Assembly: GCA_965644265.1 (NCBI GenBank)
Contig: OZ286459.1
Location: 18,352,001 to 18,416,000, forward strand
Source of the DNA: Glycera tridactyla
Taxonomy: Eukaryota
Reading direction: 5' to 3'
Length of the DNA stretch: 64,000 nucleotides
Position 1 is the stretch's first letter. The number at the start of each line of letters is the position of its first letter. A program made the position numbers and the translations under genes. Positions 34,383-48,457 of the stretch are shown piece after piece. The notes under the pieces are model-generated. The model saw only the letters and a list, made by a program, of their open reading frames with translations, searched no databases and was not told the DNA's origin.

Positions 34383-37300
34383 GTCAGTACCCAAACAATA
34401 CTTTCCCATTTTCTTCCTTCCTGGCAGTCATGGGTTTGAATAATATTTACTGAGACAGGAGCGCTGTGATTGCATGAAAGTGAGAAAGTTCTATACACCT
34501 AACCCAATTCAGATATCCCTGTCAGTGTCACCCCTGTGATATATCAGAGACGTGAAAAAGCGTTTGACGCTGATCCATTTATTGATTTATCTATTCATTT
34601 ATTCATTCATTCATTTGTTTATTTATCCCTTTAATGTTTATTTATTTATTCATTTATATGAATATATATGATATAATATATAGAAATATCCAGCAAACTA
34701 TTCCGAACCTAGAACATGACTTCAGCAAACAATTTCATCAAGTTCTGCTAGTATATGGACATCTGAATACTTGCACGGTGCATTTCGCAGCTTAAAATCA
34801 ATAAGGATCATGACAGATAAGTTACAGGTATGTCAGGCAAATGATGGGAGCATTAGCCCTGTTTGGCTACCAAAGGATACTGCTCAGCAAGTAGGAACAG
34901 CGATCGAAAGATGTTCACCCTGGGACCTTTGATGTAATTCAAATTACCTGGCTTAAAGAAGCTTCAAAATCTTTTTTAAGGGTGCCTGCCTTACGGGCAT
35001 CCTTCTTCTTACCACTGCCACTCGGGACTGCAGTTTAGATGACAAAAAATGGCACAAATTTTAAAAGTTTTTTCGGCATGCTAATAGATGGTGATAAACT
35101 GCTCTGATTCCCATGTAACTTGTCATGGGTGTTGTAAAGGCATGTCTGCTTTGTATTGTCCACTTGGAAAGCTCTTGATAAGTCTACTTCTCATGAAAAT
35201 GGCTCCTGCTTCTAGGAATTTCCTGCCATTTCATGATTGATGTTGACTCTCTATCAGGTTTGATACTGCTAATGATATGAATACTCTCTACCTTTTATCT
35301 TATTTTATTTCATTTCATTTTGAGCTGATGTTTAATTGAGCATTATGGGTATACGTTGAAGCATTTTAATCATGGGAGGCATTAAAGCCTTTGATTGTAT
35401 GATATAGTGATTAATAAGTCAAATTCACATGTTTAATGATTGGGGTTTTGAGAGTAAGATATCCCCATCCTGGCCATTTCAACACAGTGAGCAGCAGGTG
35501 GACTGGATGAATGTGGCGCCTACTTGAATGGCGGGAAATTCGAATTAAGTTCTCTCACAATTACCAGCAGAGGTAAGGAGATGTGTGTTACCAGGCATCC
35601 TTTTTTCGGCATACATGCCTAGTTTTCCAAGGGAGCGTATCCCTGACACATCTACCCCCATAGTAATGGACAGTACAGTTAATACAATCAAATAGTAATA
35701 TCTTTATGTTACTCATTTTGCTGTACACACTAGTATAGTTGAAATTTGATTTATGTCATTGTTCATGTTACGCTCTGGAATGTTCGAAAAACAACTCTTT
35801 TGCTAACTACCAATTGTATATAGTATTCGTAGGAGACTAATCAAAATTTGTTATCTTATTTCACATGAGATTAGTCTGTTTTTTATGTGACAAGAATAAT
35901 CATCGGATAACCCTACTCATTGCATGACTTCCCTGATAAGCCACGTGGAATTTACGTAGTGAACAACATGTAAACAACAAATCAGCTAATGTAATGGGGA
36001 TGGATAGACCTCACGTGACTGAAAATGTAAATATACATAATATGAAATATGATTAGCCTCGATCAAACTNNNNNNNNNNNNNNNNNNNNNNNNNNNNNNN
36101 NNNNNNNNNNNNNNNNNNNNNNNNNNNNNNNNNNNNNNNNNNNNNNNNNNNNNNNNNNNNNNNNNNNNNNNNNNNNNNNNNNNNNNNNNNNNNNNNNNNN
36201 NNNNNNNNNNNNNNNNNNNNNNNNNNNNNNNNNNNNNNNNNNNNNNNNNNNNNNNNNNNNNNNNNNNNNNNNNNNNNNNNNNNNNNNNNNNNNNNNNNNN
36301 NNNNNNNNNNNNNNNNNNNNNNNNNNNNNNNNNNNNNNNNNNNNNNNNNNNNNNNNNNNNNNNNNNNNNNNNNNNNNNNNNNNNNNNNNNNNNNNNNNNN
36401 NNNNNNNNNTAATGGATTCTAAGTTCGACATAGTCATCCCGAAATGAACAACAGAGTGCAACCTTCATCAAGCAGTAGCTCTCGAGAAAGGAACCAAGCG
36501 GTCACATAAGACATGGTAGTTTCAATACAGGTGAACCACAGATATAAATGCTTCTGCAATAAATATCAAGGTGGTACCACGGATTGGAGCTGGGCGAGTT
36601 AGCATGCTCACCCTGCACTTGTTGCTCAATACCACTTCAGCTACTCATATATGAACTGTATAAGTCAGCTGAGGTACCTCATGTCGCCTTGAAGTCTCTG
36701 AGAATGCCATTATTAAGGACACAAGTGAACTAAGATTCGCTTCGAAACTCTGGATTCACTGGCATCGTCAGTTATTTGTCTTTTTTATGTTGGTTGATTG
36801 TTTGATATTGCTTAGGGGCCATGCTCAACTTGTAGATCGTCGTTATATGTTTTGTTTCTCTTTTCCTTTTCTATTAGGGACCAATCTTAAATCCTAAATA
36901 AAGTATTCAATTGAATTGGATTGAAAAGACCTGTCCTTATCCTGGCTGGATGATGTGCGACCGGCAAGCAACTTGCGTTTTGATTTGAAGAATCTGCTTG
37001 CTAATTCTCTTGTACCACCATCGTCAAATCTTTTCTTTGCGAAACTGAGCACTGTCTGAGGTCTGAGCACTGTCATGAACATTTCATCCATGTGGAATGA
37101 CGTTTGTGACACCCGTATCTAGCCTGATGTGAAAACAATTCTATACCATGTAAATGGAGCAAATGGGCAATTGAAGCAAGTCAATCCAAAGCACCTGGCT
37201 TTTTGAAATGGAGCAATTGCTCATACAAAATAGTTCCCTGTTATTTGCATGATTATGTGCATGGCTGGATTACCAAGTGAGTCATGTATATGTAGTGTTT

Positions 37301-38129
37301 ATAACCTGGTATCCTTATCAGGTTCACCCGACTTCCTCATCTCCCAGGGGAGTATACAACCATCGACACAGTATTAACTGCATGGGCTAAGCACTCGACA
37401 ATCACCATCCCTGCATATATGCCAAGTACCCATTCACACCTAGGTGAAGTAAAGTGGGGGAGTACAGAGGTTCCACACAGATGTACCTCCTTGTGAATGG
37501 ATGTATGGATACGAGAGCTATTAGTGTTCTTTTTTCCACCCACGTAGACCTGTCACAGCCCTCTTGTTATGGAGGCGGAGTTCAGAAAATGCTTGTCAAA
37601 TGAGAGTTTCGAGCCTGAGCAGCCTCATTGAGAACATTGAACATACTTTTATGTGTCGAATGCAGTTGTTTAAGAAAGCCAATTGGGCGAATTTTCCAAT
37701 ATGTGCCATGTAGCTCTTGTGAAGGAGGTCAGAATTCATCGATTGAAATAAACTTCGGTATCAATCATGACCGACATATATATATAATTCATATACACTC
37801 TAAAAATCAGTCATGGTGTTCTTGTCAAGGAGGCCAGAATCCATCGATCGAAATAAAGTTTGACGTCAACCATGATGAACATAATATCTAAAATTCATCC
37901 ACAAACTAGTCACTGTACAAATCTGCCAATGAGTAGGAACTTGTGAACCTCCCAGCCTTGGCATCTAGCTATGATTCCCCTGTCTAAGCAGTCACTTGTC
38001 CAAAATTGCACTATCACCAGATTTCTTTTTCTTGATCTCTTTCCTATCCCTCTAAGCTATTTCTTATTTCTTCAGTGAAATGGTCTCAGGTGTAGGTAGC
38101 TGGTGGTTTGCCTGTAGCAGATATTGTCA

Positions 38130-38600
38130 CTATGCAAAACGCGGGTACCAGGCACACCAGTTCTGGGTCACTAGGGCTGCGACTAGGTTTACTAGGACGT
38201 GTGATGGCATTGTACTGCAAGCATAGGGTAAGCCATGATTGTAAAGCTGGTTTGAAGTTGACAGTTCGTAATTGAAGACATTGTTTGAGTATTCTCCGAA
38301 CCTAATGCTTTTCCTTGTTTCAAGTACTGCGCTTTGCGTAAAAAAAAGCATAGCTATCAGGCTTGAGTGTTAGCTTCCAGCCAGTTACATAGTTAGATAT
38401 GCCATCATCAGGTTCAATATGTCTTTTTTGTAGAGTTAGAGTTGGTAGGGGTGTGTCTGAACCATCAGCTACTTCCACTTGACAACCTTTCAGGGAGTTC
38501 CCCATCATCTTGTGTTCAGGGTTTGTGAGAGTGATGTCTTCAGGGGAGAGACCATCTAGCTTTCATTAACCAGGAACACACGGCATACATAATCCTGTGG
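38130..38600 (-). repeat. Repeat family F1 copy
   Basis: Reverse complement aligns by eye with the 5800-6270 and 50175-50610 copies. Confidence 0.8.
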
Positions 38601-39692
38601 GTTGATACATGCCGTTAAGCCTCAAAAAAACAAAAAAACAAAACAAACCTAAGCAGCCATTTGTACCCTCATTAAAACCAGTTTAAGTGTATCCAGGTAT
38701 ATCCCTACTAATTATTTTTGTCTTCGATCTGGTCATTCTTCCAGGCATTATATGCTTCTCCTTGTACGTACAAAGCATTCCCAGGCGCAGTTCTCAAATG
38801 ATATAACGCATTGTGGCTTGCAAATTGGTATTAAATCCATCGCTTGACATTATTTCAACTATGGCTGTTGACTGTCCTTTTATTTGTTTCAATTTATTGT
38901 CCTTTCATCCACCTTAGGTTGTACCGGACTAAAAACTGAAAATGTCGAAGAAAAGAGGCACTGCTGCCGGGGCCATGCCTACTCTTTGCGAAGGACAGCA
39001 GTGGTTCTTTCACGTGCATATAGGAATATACTCCCACACACACACACGGCCAACCTTTGATATCCCAGTCGGCATGCACTTGGTAATCCATACCATTCCA
39101 CATATCAATGGTGTTGCGTGTTGCATTGAGCCAATTTGTGGTAGAAGATCGCCAGGCGTGTATATAACTTGACAGTCCTTCAAGCTTGAAATCGGATAAC
39201 ACAGGGCATGTTGACTGGGATATCAAAGGCCCGTGTGTATGGGATGTAAGTCTGGCCATTCTAGTAGTTGTAAGCAGTTTTATCACATAATATGTCGGCA
39301 GAAAAGTGGCCTTATCACCACAATGTGATAAAGAAATCCGTATCAGAGGCTCAGGTGGTACGGATTCCGATTCCATCCTAGCTATCTGCGCATGCGTGGT
39401 CACCGCTGGAGCGAGGGTGGAATGACGACAACGCCTGCCTCCCGATAGCGCACGATGCTCTGTTTTAATCGCCATGAAATGACTATTTTACGATTAATAG
39501 GTGAAATCTAGTAGGGAATTGGTATTTTAATTGCATGTTTATAGTTGAAAATGGTCGTCTCATGCGATAAGAACAGAAAGTACGCGCTCGAGAGGTGCTC
39601 TGCCGCCTGCTCCCCGATACCAGCTCTCGTATCACATACGCATATCGTTCTGTTTATGTATAAAGACAACAGGGTAGCTATACCCACGACCA

Positions 39693-40230
39693 GGAACCTG
39701 GGATAGAAGCCCGGCTATTCCAGGTGCATCGAGGTGCTGTGGACACGATTACCCATATATAACTAATGGGACCACTCCCATCTAATTACCGAAAATACAT
39801 AGAATATGCATGCAATTACATGGAACCTTGGATGTAAGCGTGATCATTTCGGTAGTTGTCGGCATATGTAATAGAAGTAAGAAGCATCTGTGCCCACGAC
39901 ACCATATGCTTAAATCTAGGAACCTGGGATGGAAGCCTGGCTATTCCAGGAGCATCGATGTGCTGCGGACACTCTTACTTGAACATAACCAGAGAGCTTA
40001 TTCCTATTAACTATCTCTTATCTCTTCTCGCATATCCAAACAAAAAACCAGGCGTACCTTGAGGAATGTAGCTGCACGGAACCTGGGATGGAAGCCCAGT
40101 TATTCTGATTGCCCAAAACCTATTCATTCTTACCTGTATAGGAGTTGTGCCTGGGAACCTGGGACGGAAGCCTGGCTATTCCATCAGCAGTGATGTGATG
40201 TGGACATACTTCCCAATACATAATCTGAGC
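39693..40230 (+). repeat. Four dispersed copies of a ~30-70-bp hairpin-forming repeat upstream of the LINE ORF2
   Basis: GGAACCTGGGAYRGAAGCCYGGCTATTCCA-like core at 39693, 39919, 40078 and 40154. Confidence 0.75.
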
Positions 40231-40370
40231 CCAACGAATTTATATATGATCAAACTGGGGGACCACCAAAGCTCGAACTACCCCTAAGACAAAAGCTACA
40301 AAAGATATAACTTGAGACAATATGAACACACTATTACAGGCAGCAAGGATGATAGACATCTTCAAGAACC

Positions 40371-42805
40371 ATGACAATGAAATATCATGACGACAATCCC
40401 AGAAGCGACTGCAACAGAAAAGGTGTTTCCCTGCTCCATTTGAATATTAGGAGCATGTATAAGATCCTCGAAGAAGTGGGAAGAATCCTCAAGGAATGCA
40501 AACCAGACATTTTATCTCTAAGTGAGACTTGGCTGAATACTTCCATCTGTGACAGCCAAATAGCAATCAGTGGATATCTTATAGTTTGCCTAGACAGGGA
40601 TTCCACTCTTGGCGAAACCTGTGGAGGGGGACTCTCTTTAAAGAACGGTGTATATAAAGGACGGTGTAGTATATACACATTTAATTGAACTTAGTATAGT
40701 ATCACCTGACCTAGAAACATGCTGGATAAGCATTGATCTCAAAGAAACTCGCCCAATAAATATCGACCACCGGATGGAAAATTAGAGGACGCCCTAGAGC
40801 TTCTTGATGAAGAATGTAATATTGCTACCCTTTCACCAAATACCAAACTTGTAATTTTAGGTGCTCTGAATATTGATTGGAGCAGGAGAACCCCCGAAAA
40901 ACAATGGTATACAGACTGGCTAGGGGAGCATAATTGCAAACAACTGATAGAGGAGCATACAAGAATAACGCAAACGATATGTACGACCATTGACCATTTA
41001 GTGACCAACAATCCCGACATGTATGGTTACCTCACATGGTGTGTTGGGTCATGAGATCATCTTGAGTGTTTGAAAGAAAAAAAGAAAAGTGAGAGATGTG
41101 GGTTGGAAACTACTGAGGATTTACTGCCATGAAGTTTGCCGATGTGGTGGTAAAAGAAGACTGCGGAGAGGTGTTTGAAACCGATGATAGTGAAGTGGGG
41201 TGGAGAGTATTCAAAGAGGGATTCACAAAGGTCATGAACAGTATGTTACCCAGGGTGCAGAGGATGGTCGATGTCAACACTGTCGCATGGAAATCAGGCC
41301 AAATGTTTAGCTACATGGATGAGTAGAATGACTTAAAACGGAGATACGGCCGAGACAAAACTGACGAGAATTGGGAAAACTACAGACTGTCATGAAACAA
41401 AATATCGATACTGAAACAGGAACTGAAATGTAATTACTTTAACGATGCTTTGAGAAAATATAAATATGATTACAAAAAAACTAGGGGCGACGTTACGTAG
41501 ACTACTTCTCAATTCGAAACTGACTAAGGATCTCAATAAGATAAGTTGATAGAGCGAGCGACACATGGCCAGCTATCAAACTATTCAAGTATCAATGGAC
41601 TTTTGTGCGGTGCACAGTCAGGTTTTATAAAAAGGCACTCCACTAGTCTTCTCAGTCTTCTGGAAGGAGTACATAATGATATCAACGAAGGGGGTGCTAC
41701 TGGAGTGGTCCTTCTGGACCTGAAGAAGGCCTTTGATACTGTTGACCACTCAACTCTGTTTTATAAATTAGAGCAATACGGTGTTGACCAGCACAGTATG
41801 AGTCGGTTCTGAAATTGTTTTGAGGACCGCACCCAGAAGATTGGTATCAAGGGTACTTTTTCAAATATTGCAAACATTGGATTTGACGTACCGCAGGGAT
41901 CAATTTTAGGGCCCTTGTTTTTTGTCTTGTTCATCAGTGATCTCCTAAAGTGCAGTTGTAAAGTTTAGAATGTATGCAGATGACACTGCTAACCATTATA
42001 CAGGAAATACGAATGATGATATTGAATTGAAGTTAAGCTTGGGATAATAGAAGCAGAAAGTTGGTTTCATGCCAAAAAGCTCACTATAAATACCACTAAA
42101 ACCAAGTGGATGTTCTTTGGTAGTCAAGCCAATTTGATTAAAATGCAACATATGTCAATGATTATGCATGGCACCTGATTGAAGCACTTGGTTAAAGTTA
42201 AGTATCTTGGGGTCTGGATGGACAGTATGATGAATTTTAATCATCATGTCAACTATCTAGTTGGATTATGTACCAGGAGGTTATCCATCTTCGGCAGAGC
42301 AGGAACCAATATAAGTCAAGACACAGCACAAATGCTGTATAAATCACTTGTTCTGCTACTGCTGTATTACTGTGATGTTGCATATGATGTAATTACTGTT
42401 TGTGATTCTGAGAAACTCCAGTGCATTTAGAATGCAGTATGCAGGATTATTCTCCAGGCTGATCAACATAAAAGTGTGTGTGAGATGCACAAAGAATTAG
42501 AGTTTTGTACATTAAAGTAACGGCATCACGGATATGTATGTGCCATAACCTACCAGGGGACATGTGACCTTTTACCAGGAAATCCAAGCAGTCTATTCAC
42601 TCGCAGAGTTGTGCTCAAGCGTCCCATTACCCGACGCCAACTTAGAAATTTCCTGGAAATCCCACGGTCTAATAGCATCATGTCAGATAGACGACTGTCG
42701 GTCAGGGAGTCCCGAGCCTATAATGGGTTGCTGTCAAATATAAAAGAGTCCGAATCTATAAACATCTTTAAGGAAATAATAAATTCAGAAACATTTCAAA
42801 TGTAA
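40371..42805 (+). pseudogene. Degenerate L2/CR1-group LINE ORF2 (APE endonuclease plus RT)
   Basis: LLHLNIRSM..KPDILSLSETWL..GYL...DR..CGGG; LDLKKAFDTVDHSTL; VPQGSILGPL; MYADDT; KYLGVWMD; many stops, frameshifts and deletions. Confidence 0.9.
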
Positions 42806-43933
42806 AAGTCGCCAGACCTGAGAAAGTCCTGCACGATCGCTGAAATTGAAGGGATTGCGCCCGGCAGCAGTGCCTCTTTTCTTCAGCTTTGTTGAGTCTG
42901 ATGTAACCCCGGATGGCTGACAGGAAGTTATACCCGAACAAACAAATCAGAAGACTTCAGGTGTGAGATCTGGCTTTGTGTGACGTGGACCTGATGGCGA
43001 CTCTGCACCCTACGTTCTGCGTGGTTTCCTATGTGATAAATCGGTATGTGATATCACTTGAAATACTCCCGTACTAGGGAGTATTGTGGGGACTATTTTT
43101 GCTGTTTGCAGCCGACTGGTACCCAAGCCTCTGTTGATATATGAGCCTATGTGGTGCCCGGGTAGTGAGCATGGAAGGTAAACAAACATGGTAGATGCTT
43201 GTTGTCAAGACATATTCCACAAAGTAGGTCACATTCCACAAAGTAGAGCGAAGATGAACAACAATGAAATCGATTCAGAAGGAAGAAAGTAGTTTGAGTG
43301 TGGCATAAATACGAACGATGAGCCAACTCAGATGCATCAGCCGCAACAGCTACTGAAGCCCCAACAGCCAAAACACAAGCCGCTGCTACACAGGAACTTG
43401 CCCTTACAATTACCTAGCCTGAACCTTCCGAGGAGGTCAATGCTTCAGCAGGAGGTGATAAACTTGAAGGATATATTGACATCAAAACGGAGGTCAAACA
43501 GGAACCAAATGAGCATCAATGTTGAGTGATTGCAAGGAAATCATCACATCCATCGCTTCCCCATGTTACCAACGATGATCACTGGTCCAGCGCATTTGTT
43601 CTGCCCCATTCGATTTTAATCTATCATCCATAGCCCAAAAGAGTTGGCATTCGAAAACAGACTGGGGAACATGCGTTTATGTCGAACTATACATGAATTA
43701 GATATCGCTGTGACATAATTATTAATGACAGAGGTGGACTAACTCCCTGATGGGTTGCGCTAATGATCAGCGAAAATACATATAGTCGCTATGGGGGGAT
43801 GCATAATAAACAGGCCATATAATCTGGATGGAATCATTTAGTTCATCGCGTGCGAACAACGAACTCACCCACGCGGCGCTTCAGGACATGATTAACGCGC
43901 GCATGTGCGTTGTTATTCTATCATCCATAATTA

Positions 43934-44078
43934 CAGTCGAACCTACTACAGAGACCACCTCTATACAAAGACCACCTGCCTCTCAAGGTCACCCTGAGCC
44001 ATGATCGTGATTTTCTATAGTAAATGAATACCTGTCAACTAAGTCCATTTTGGTAGTTATAGTAGACAGTTTCCTCTG
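43934..44078. mobile_element. MITE, CAGT-type subfamily 2
   Basis: ta|cagtcgaacctact..gagaccacctct ... ctctg|ta. Confidence 0.6.
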
Positions 44079-45319
44079 TACGTTAAATCCACAGTGAACC
44101 CTTCCGCGTGAGAGAATCTTGGCCGGCCTGCATAGATAGACCAGACTTATTTTGTACCTTCATGATTATTCTATTAGACCTGATAGGCCTGTATGTTCCC
44201 GGCACCAAAAGACTTTTTTGCGACCGGTTTTCTGTCTGATCCTGTTACATAGATATAACCAGCCTTCCCCCACCCACAGGTACAAGAGTGGGTGAGGAGT
44301 ATATGTGTTTCTCCTAGTAGTTGTATATAATGTAGTGTTGAAAAATATGATCCTATTGATGTTATGTATTGCATACACAAATATCATTTCATGTTGTGAT
44401 TTTCCATTTCTATTCTTCATTTACAGAATGAACATGGTACAGGCTTCTTTTTGATTGCTTCTGTGTAATTCTGTATCTGTAATTCTGTATTCCCTTATCA
44501 TCCTTCATGAGTTCAAGTAGATTTCTGTAGGTATGTTCAGTAGAAATTTTGCTATGTAATATTGATTTTATAGTTTCAATATTCATGATTAGGGTCTGTT
44601 ATTGTATTGAATTAGAAACAACTCAATTTGAGTGGACAAAACTGGATATGGGATACATTCATGATTTTGAGGAAAAAAATCATGAAGAGGTAAGATGAAA
44701 TGAAAGGCCCCACCACAGACATGAGAGTGGAAAATAATGAAGATGCCCGTAATATGTTGAGTCTTGTATATATGTCAAATTGACACAGACGAAAATTTGG
44801 TTTGTCATCTTTTAACAAAAAATACCAAGGAATGACCGGAAAGCACCACCAATTTATCGCCCCTGTGTTTTCACGTTTCACTGGAACATGGGCAGAACGA
44901 TCGAATAGGGCATCGCAGACGATTACGGATATAAAAAATGTCATTATTTTTTAATTTATCGTATCGATAGATATTTTTTCTCTATTCCGGAGCTTGCACT
45001 CACTAACCCTGACGTGCATCTACCTATTCAGATAATATCTATAGTGTGTGAATTCGGCAGTGAGGCTTAGAATGCTCTGTAAATTATGGATTTCTGGCAT
45101 GTTTGGGCTGCGCATAGACTACCAGCTTCCAAATCGTATCGAAATGACGCTATGTTTTGCCAAAATCCATAACAATGATCATTGAGGGACCCATTTTATA
45201 GTGAATATTTAAATGTTTACTTCAACTCCGCTATAGTCTGGATTGACAGAAATGATCGCTCAGTGCACGTTACACGAGCATGACAGAAGAATAGAGCGCT
45301 GGAGATTGAGTAATCCAGA

Positions 45320-45770
45320 GGGAAACTCTGTCAAATCCAAATGTGGCGGGCACGTTTCCGACGCTAACTTTGTCAGTTTTCGTCTGATTTGACTTATAAT
45401 GACATGAATAGATTATACAGATCTTCCGGCGATAAAAGAATTTAGTCTCGGGTGGTCTGGATACTTTGTAAGAGGAGAACGCCATCATTTCATTGCATAT
45501 TTTCGTCGAATCCGCCGCCATTATCGGTGATTATTTGTATGCGAAACAGTGGAGATACGGCCGCCGCACTTGCCGCGAAACCAGCCTGAAATTGACATAT
45601 TCTGCGCTCAAAGGTGATCTATATAGTGGGATTTCGCCGTGATCACATTTCTAATCGTCGGAGATGTCAATACTGTTTGTGTGTGAGTCTCATTTCGATC
45701 CGATGTGATCAATCCGATGCTAGGGCGAAAACCGTACCCGCCACGATTATGCTTGACAGACTTTAGGGAA
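45320..45770. mobile_element. Short non-autonomous TIR element (family G)
   Basis: Ends aaactctgtcaaatccaaatgtggcgggcacgttt / aaaccgtacccgccacgattatgcttgacagacttt; interior matches 47400-47760 in reverse orientation. Confidence 0.65.
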
Positions 45771-46412
45771 TGTGGACAGGTGAACAAATTCAATACATGC
45801 CATGCCTTCTGATACAAATGGACCAAGCACGATCCCAGTGACTTATGACTAGACATTCAAATTTGTGAGAAAATGTGATTGTACCAACTGAATATGTATA
45901 ATGTGTGGTGTCAATCTCTGATGGGGGGAGACGTGTCGGAGATACACTCCGAAGGAAATAAAGATTTTTGAAGCCTTTGAAGCCTTTTTGAAGCCTTTGA
46001 AACTCAATGTCTACAACGCAGAGCAGTGCCTGAACTGTCAGCAACTTTCCCTTGACAATCCTCCTGATTCCCATCATCTTGTGTTCAGGATTTATGAGAG
46101 TGATGCCTGCATAGGAGAGAGCATCCAGCTTCCATAGAATTGATACGTACCGTTGAACCCTAATCAATCAATACATCAATCATCGTGGATAAGCCCCGAG
46201 GGAGGCGGGTGATCAGAGTGACTGATGGATCCGTCGCACAATTAAAATGATCCTTTGATCTATTGATTGATCGTAGATCTGCTATACTGATTCTACCATC
46301 CATACATCACGCAATGCGAAGATGCTAGGTGATTGCAGAGGCCCACTATATATCACAATGCACATTCCATCATTTATTCCCCCTTCATGCTGAGACACAC
46401 CTGTATGTCTTA

Positions 46413-47780
46413 CACTAAAGTCTGTCAAGCTTAATCGTGGCGGGTACGTTTTTGTGATCTCTGTTGGAGATCATTATGCCACCACCTCTCTGCTCGAAAT
46501 TCTTTCTAACTTCGGCGATTCTGACTCTGGAGGCTGATATAATCAAACGAATCTGAATCGGATCTGTGTAAAAGGATCGAATGATCTAATCTAACACAAT
46601 TTGAAGATGATTTATCGGTCTGATTAACGACAATTTGAGGAAATGTAGCGATTACGTAATGGGCATTTTGCCATATATTCGTTTTTGTTGCCGATTACCG
46701 AAGCACACAGATATGACGGCTCAGAGATGTATAGCTACGCACAAATAGTAAATGCCTGTCAAATCAAGCTCTTTGGGCACGCCCACTTTGATGTTGACAT
46801 GTGATTCCTGATTTGTGATTGGCTGGTTTTACACACGCTATCTACAACTTCATTCATGAATCGGTGCATTGATCCATGAAACCTGGTAATGAGGTGCGAA
46901 GAAGAAGCACTACTTTACTCCCCTACGAACTATCATATAAACCAAAACACAGATTTTTTGAGATCTATGCATGGAGGTAAGACAAATGGATGTCGAGGAA
47001 TCAAGAGAGAGACAGACAGACAGAGAGAGCTACTCATTATTTGCTTCATTCACGTGACACAATTTGGCGAAAGTAGTCCAGGCTCTGAACGTAATAAACA
47101 TGTCAACATCGAAGTGGGCGTGCCCAAAGACCTTAATTGACACCTGCATTCACTATTTGTGTGTAAAACCAGCCAATCAGAGATCAGCACTCGCATGAAT
47201 GATGGCGATTTGATGAAGTCATCAGTTTGTGATAGAATATTGCCATAAGACAATTCCAAAGGTGGCTCGCTCATGACTAACACCAGGAGAACCCCTACTC
47301 CAAATTCCTGAAAGAGGGCTTCCCCCAATTCTCACCGGAGATCACTCAGCGCAGCTTTGCGCTCTTGTTCAACATAGCATCGCGATCTCGGTACAGATTT
47401 GACTGTTACTTGCAGACAGACATTATTGACATCTCCGACGACTAGAAATGTAATCACGACGAGGTTCTCTTGTTTATTTCGCATTAGGACGCCGAATATG
47501 TCAATGTCACGCTGGTTTCGTGGCATGTGCGGCGGCCGTATCTTCATTATATTTCACATAGGAAGGATCGAACGATTATGCCGGCGGATTCGTCGTAAAA
47601 ATCCAATCAAATGATGGTGTGATCTTCTTCTTATGCATACATAACACCCGAGACTAGGTGTGATAATCGCCGGAGGACCTGTACAATACATTCGTGCCAT
47701 TAAAAGTCATATCAGACGAAGATTAACGAAGTTGAAGTCTGAAACGTACCCGCCATATTTGGATTTGACAGAGTTTACCT
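46413..47780. mobile_element. Longer family G element in the opposite orientation
   Basis: Ends ctaaagtctgtcaagcttaatcgtggcgggtacgttt / aaacgtacccgccatatttggatttgacagagttt. Confidence 0.65.
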
Positions 47781-48299
47781 GCAACTATTTCAACTGTTCA
47801 GACATGCGCCCACCCCCTCTCCTCTCCCACCCTCCCCCAGAGAGCCAAATGGAGGCCCAGTGAACTGATACAATGTTCACTGCGTAACACAGTGGCCCAA
47901 AATAACTGACCTAATTTGTTCACAGGGTAACACCATGGTCAACATTTCAATGAATGTTCACCTTCTGTTGGGGACCCAGAAGGAGAAGTCTTGAATGATC
48001 ACACCCATGTCCATTGCAAGGGCGTCACAATATAGCACAATTGGAGCTGACGTGACGTTAACCCCGACCGACCAACCAACCATCACTCAGAGAGGGGCAA
48101 ATCAAAAGTTTCCTTCAAAAGTTTATGTCAAAATTCATATTGTGGAAAAGAGTGACTCGTAATCAGTTTCAATCAACGTCTTTATCTTTCTACAAACATC
48201 TGAATTATGCTTTCATTGGTACAAAAAATGATCATCATCGCCGTGAAGTGCCTGAGAAAAATTCACCAGTCAAGGGCCAAATGCGATTGATATTGAATG

Positions 48300-48457
48300 A
48301 AGTCGAACCAAAAAAGGTCACCTGTCTACAAAGGCCACGCTGAGCTGCGACCCCGATAGTATTTTCAAGAGCAAATGACCTCTCTATAAAGGCCACCCGC
48401 CTACAAGGGTCACACTCTGATGTGACTGAAGTTGACCTTTATGAACAATTTCGACAG
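48300..48457. mobile_element. MITE, CAGT-type subfamily 2 (degenerate)
   Basis: agtcgaacc ... tcgacag|ta with the shared ctgagctgcga / aatgacctctctata blocks. Confidence 0.55.

Noticed and set aside
34860-35280. Possible decayed coding or endogenous viral fragment
   Set aside because: Stops in every frame I checked and no recognisable motif; a TBLASTX search would be needed.
35986-36471. ORFs spanning N runs (also ~7.6-7.9, 14.5-14.9, 49.6-50.2, 54.0-54.5 and 61.4-62.0 kb)
   Set aside because: Artefacts of translating assembly gaps as X.
38894-39475. 193-aa minus-strand ORF
   Set aside because: No recognisable motif or splice structure; it spans a CA run and an inverted repeat.
39693-40230. 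~30-bp palindromic repeats with unique intervening DNA, CRISPR-like at first glance
   Set aside because: Spacing is irregular (226, 159 and 76 bp) and the copies are diverged; they sit upstream of a LINE.
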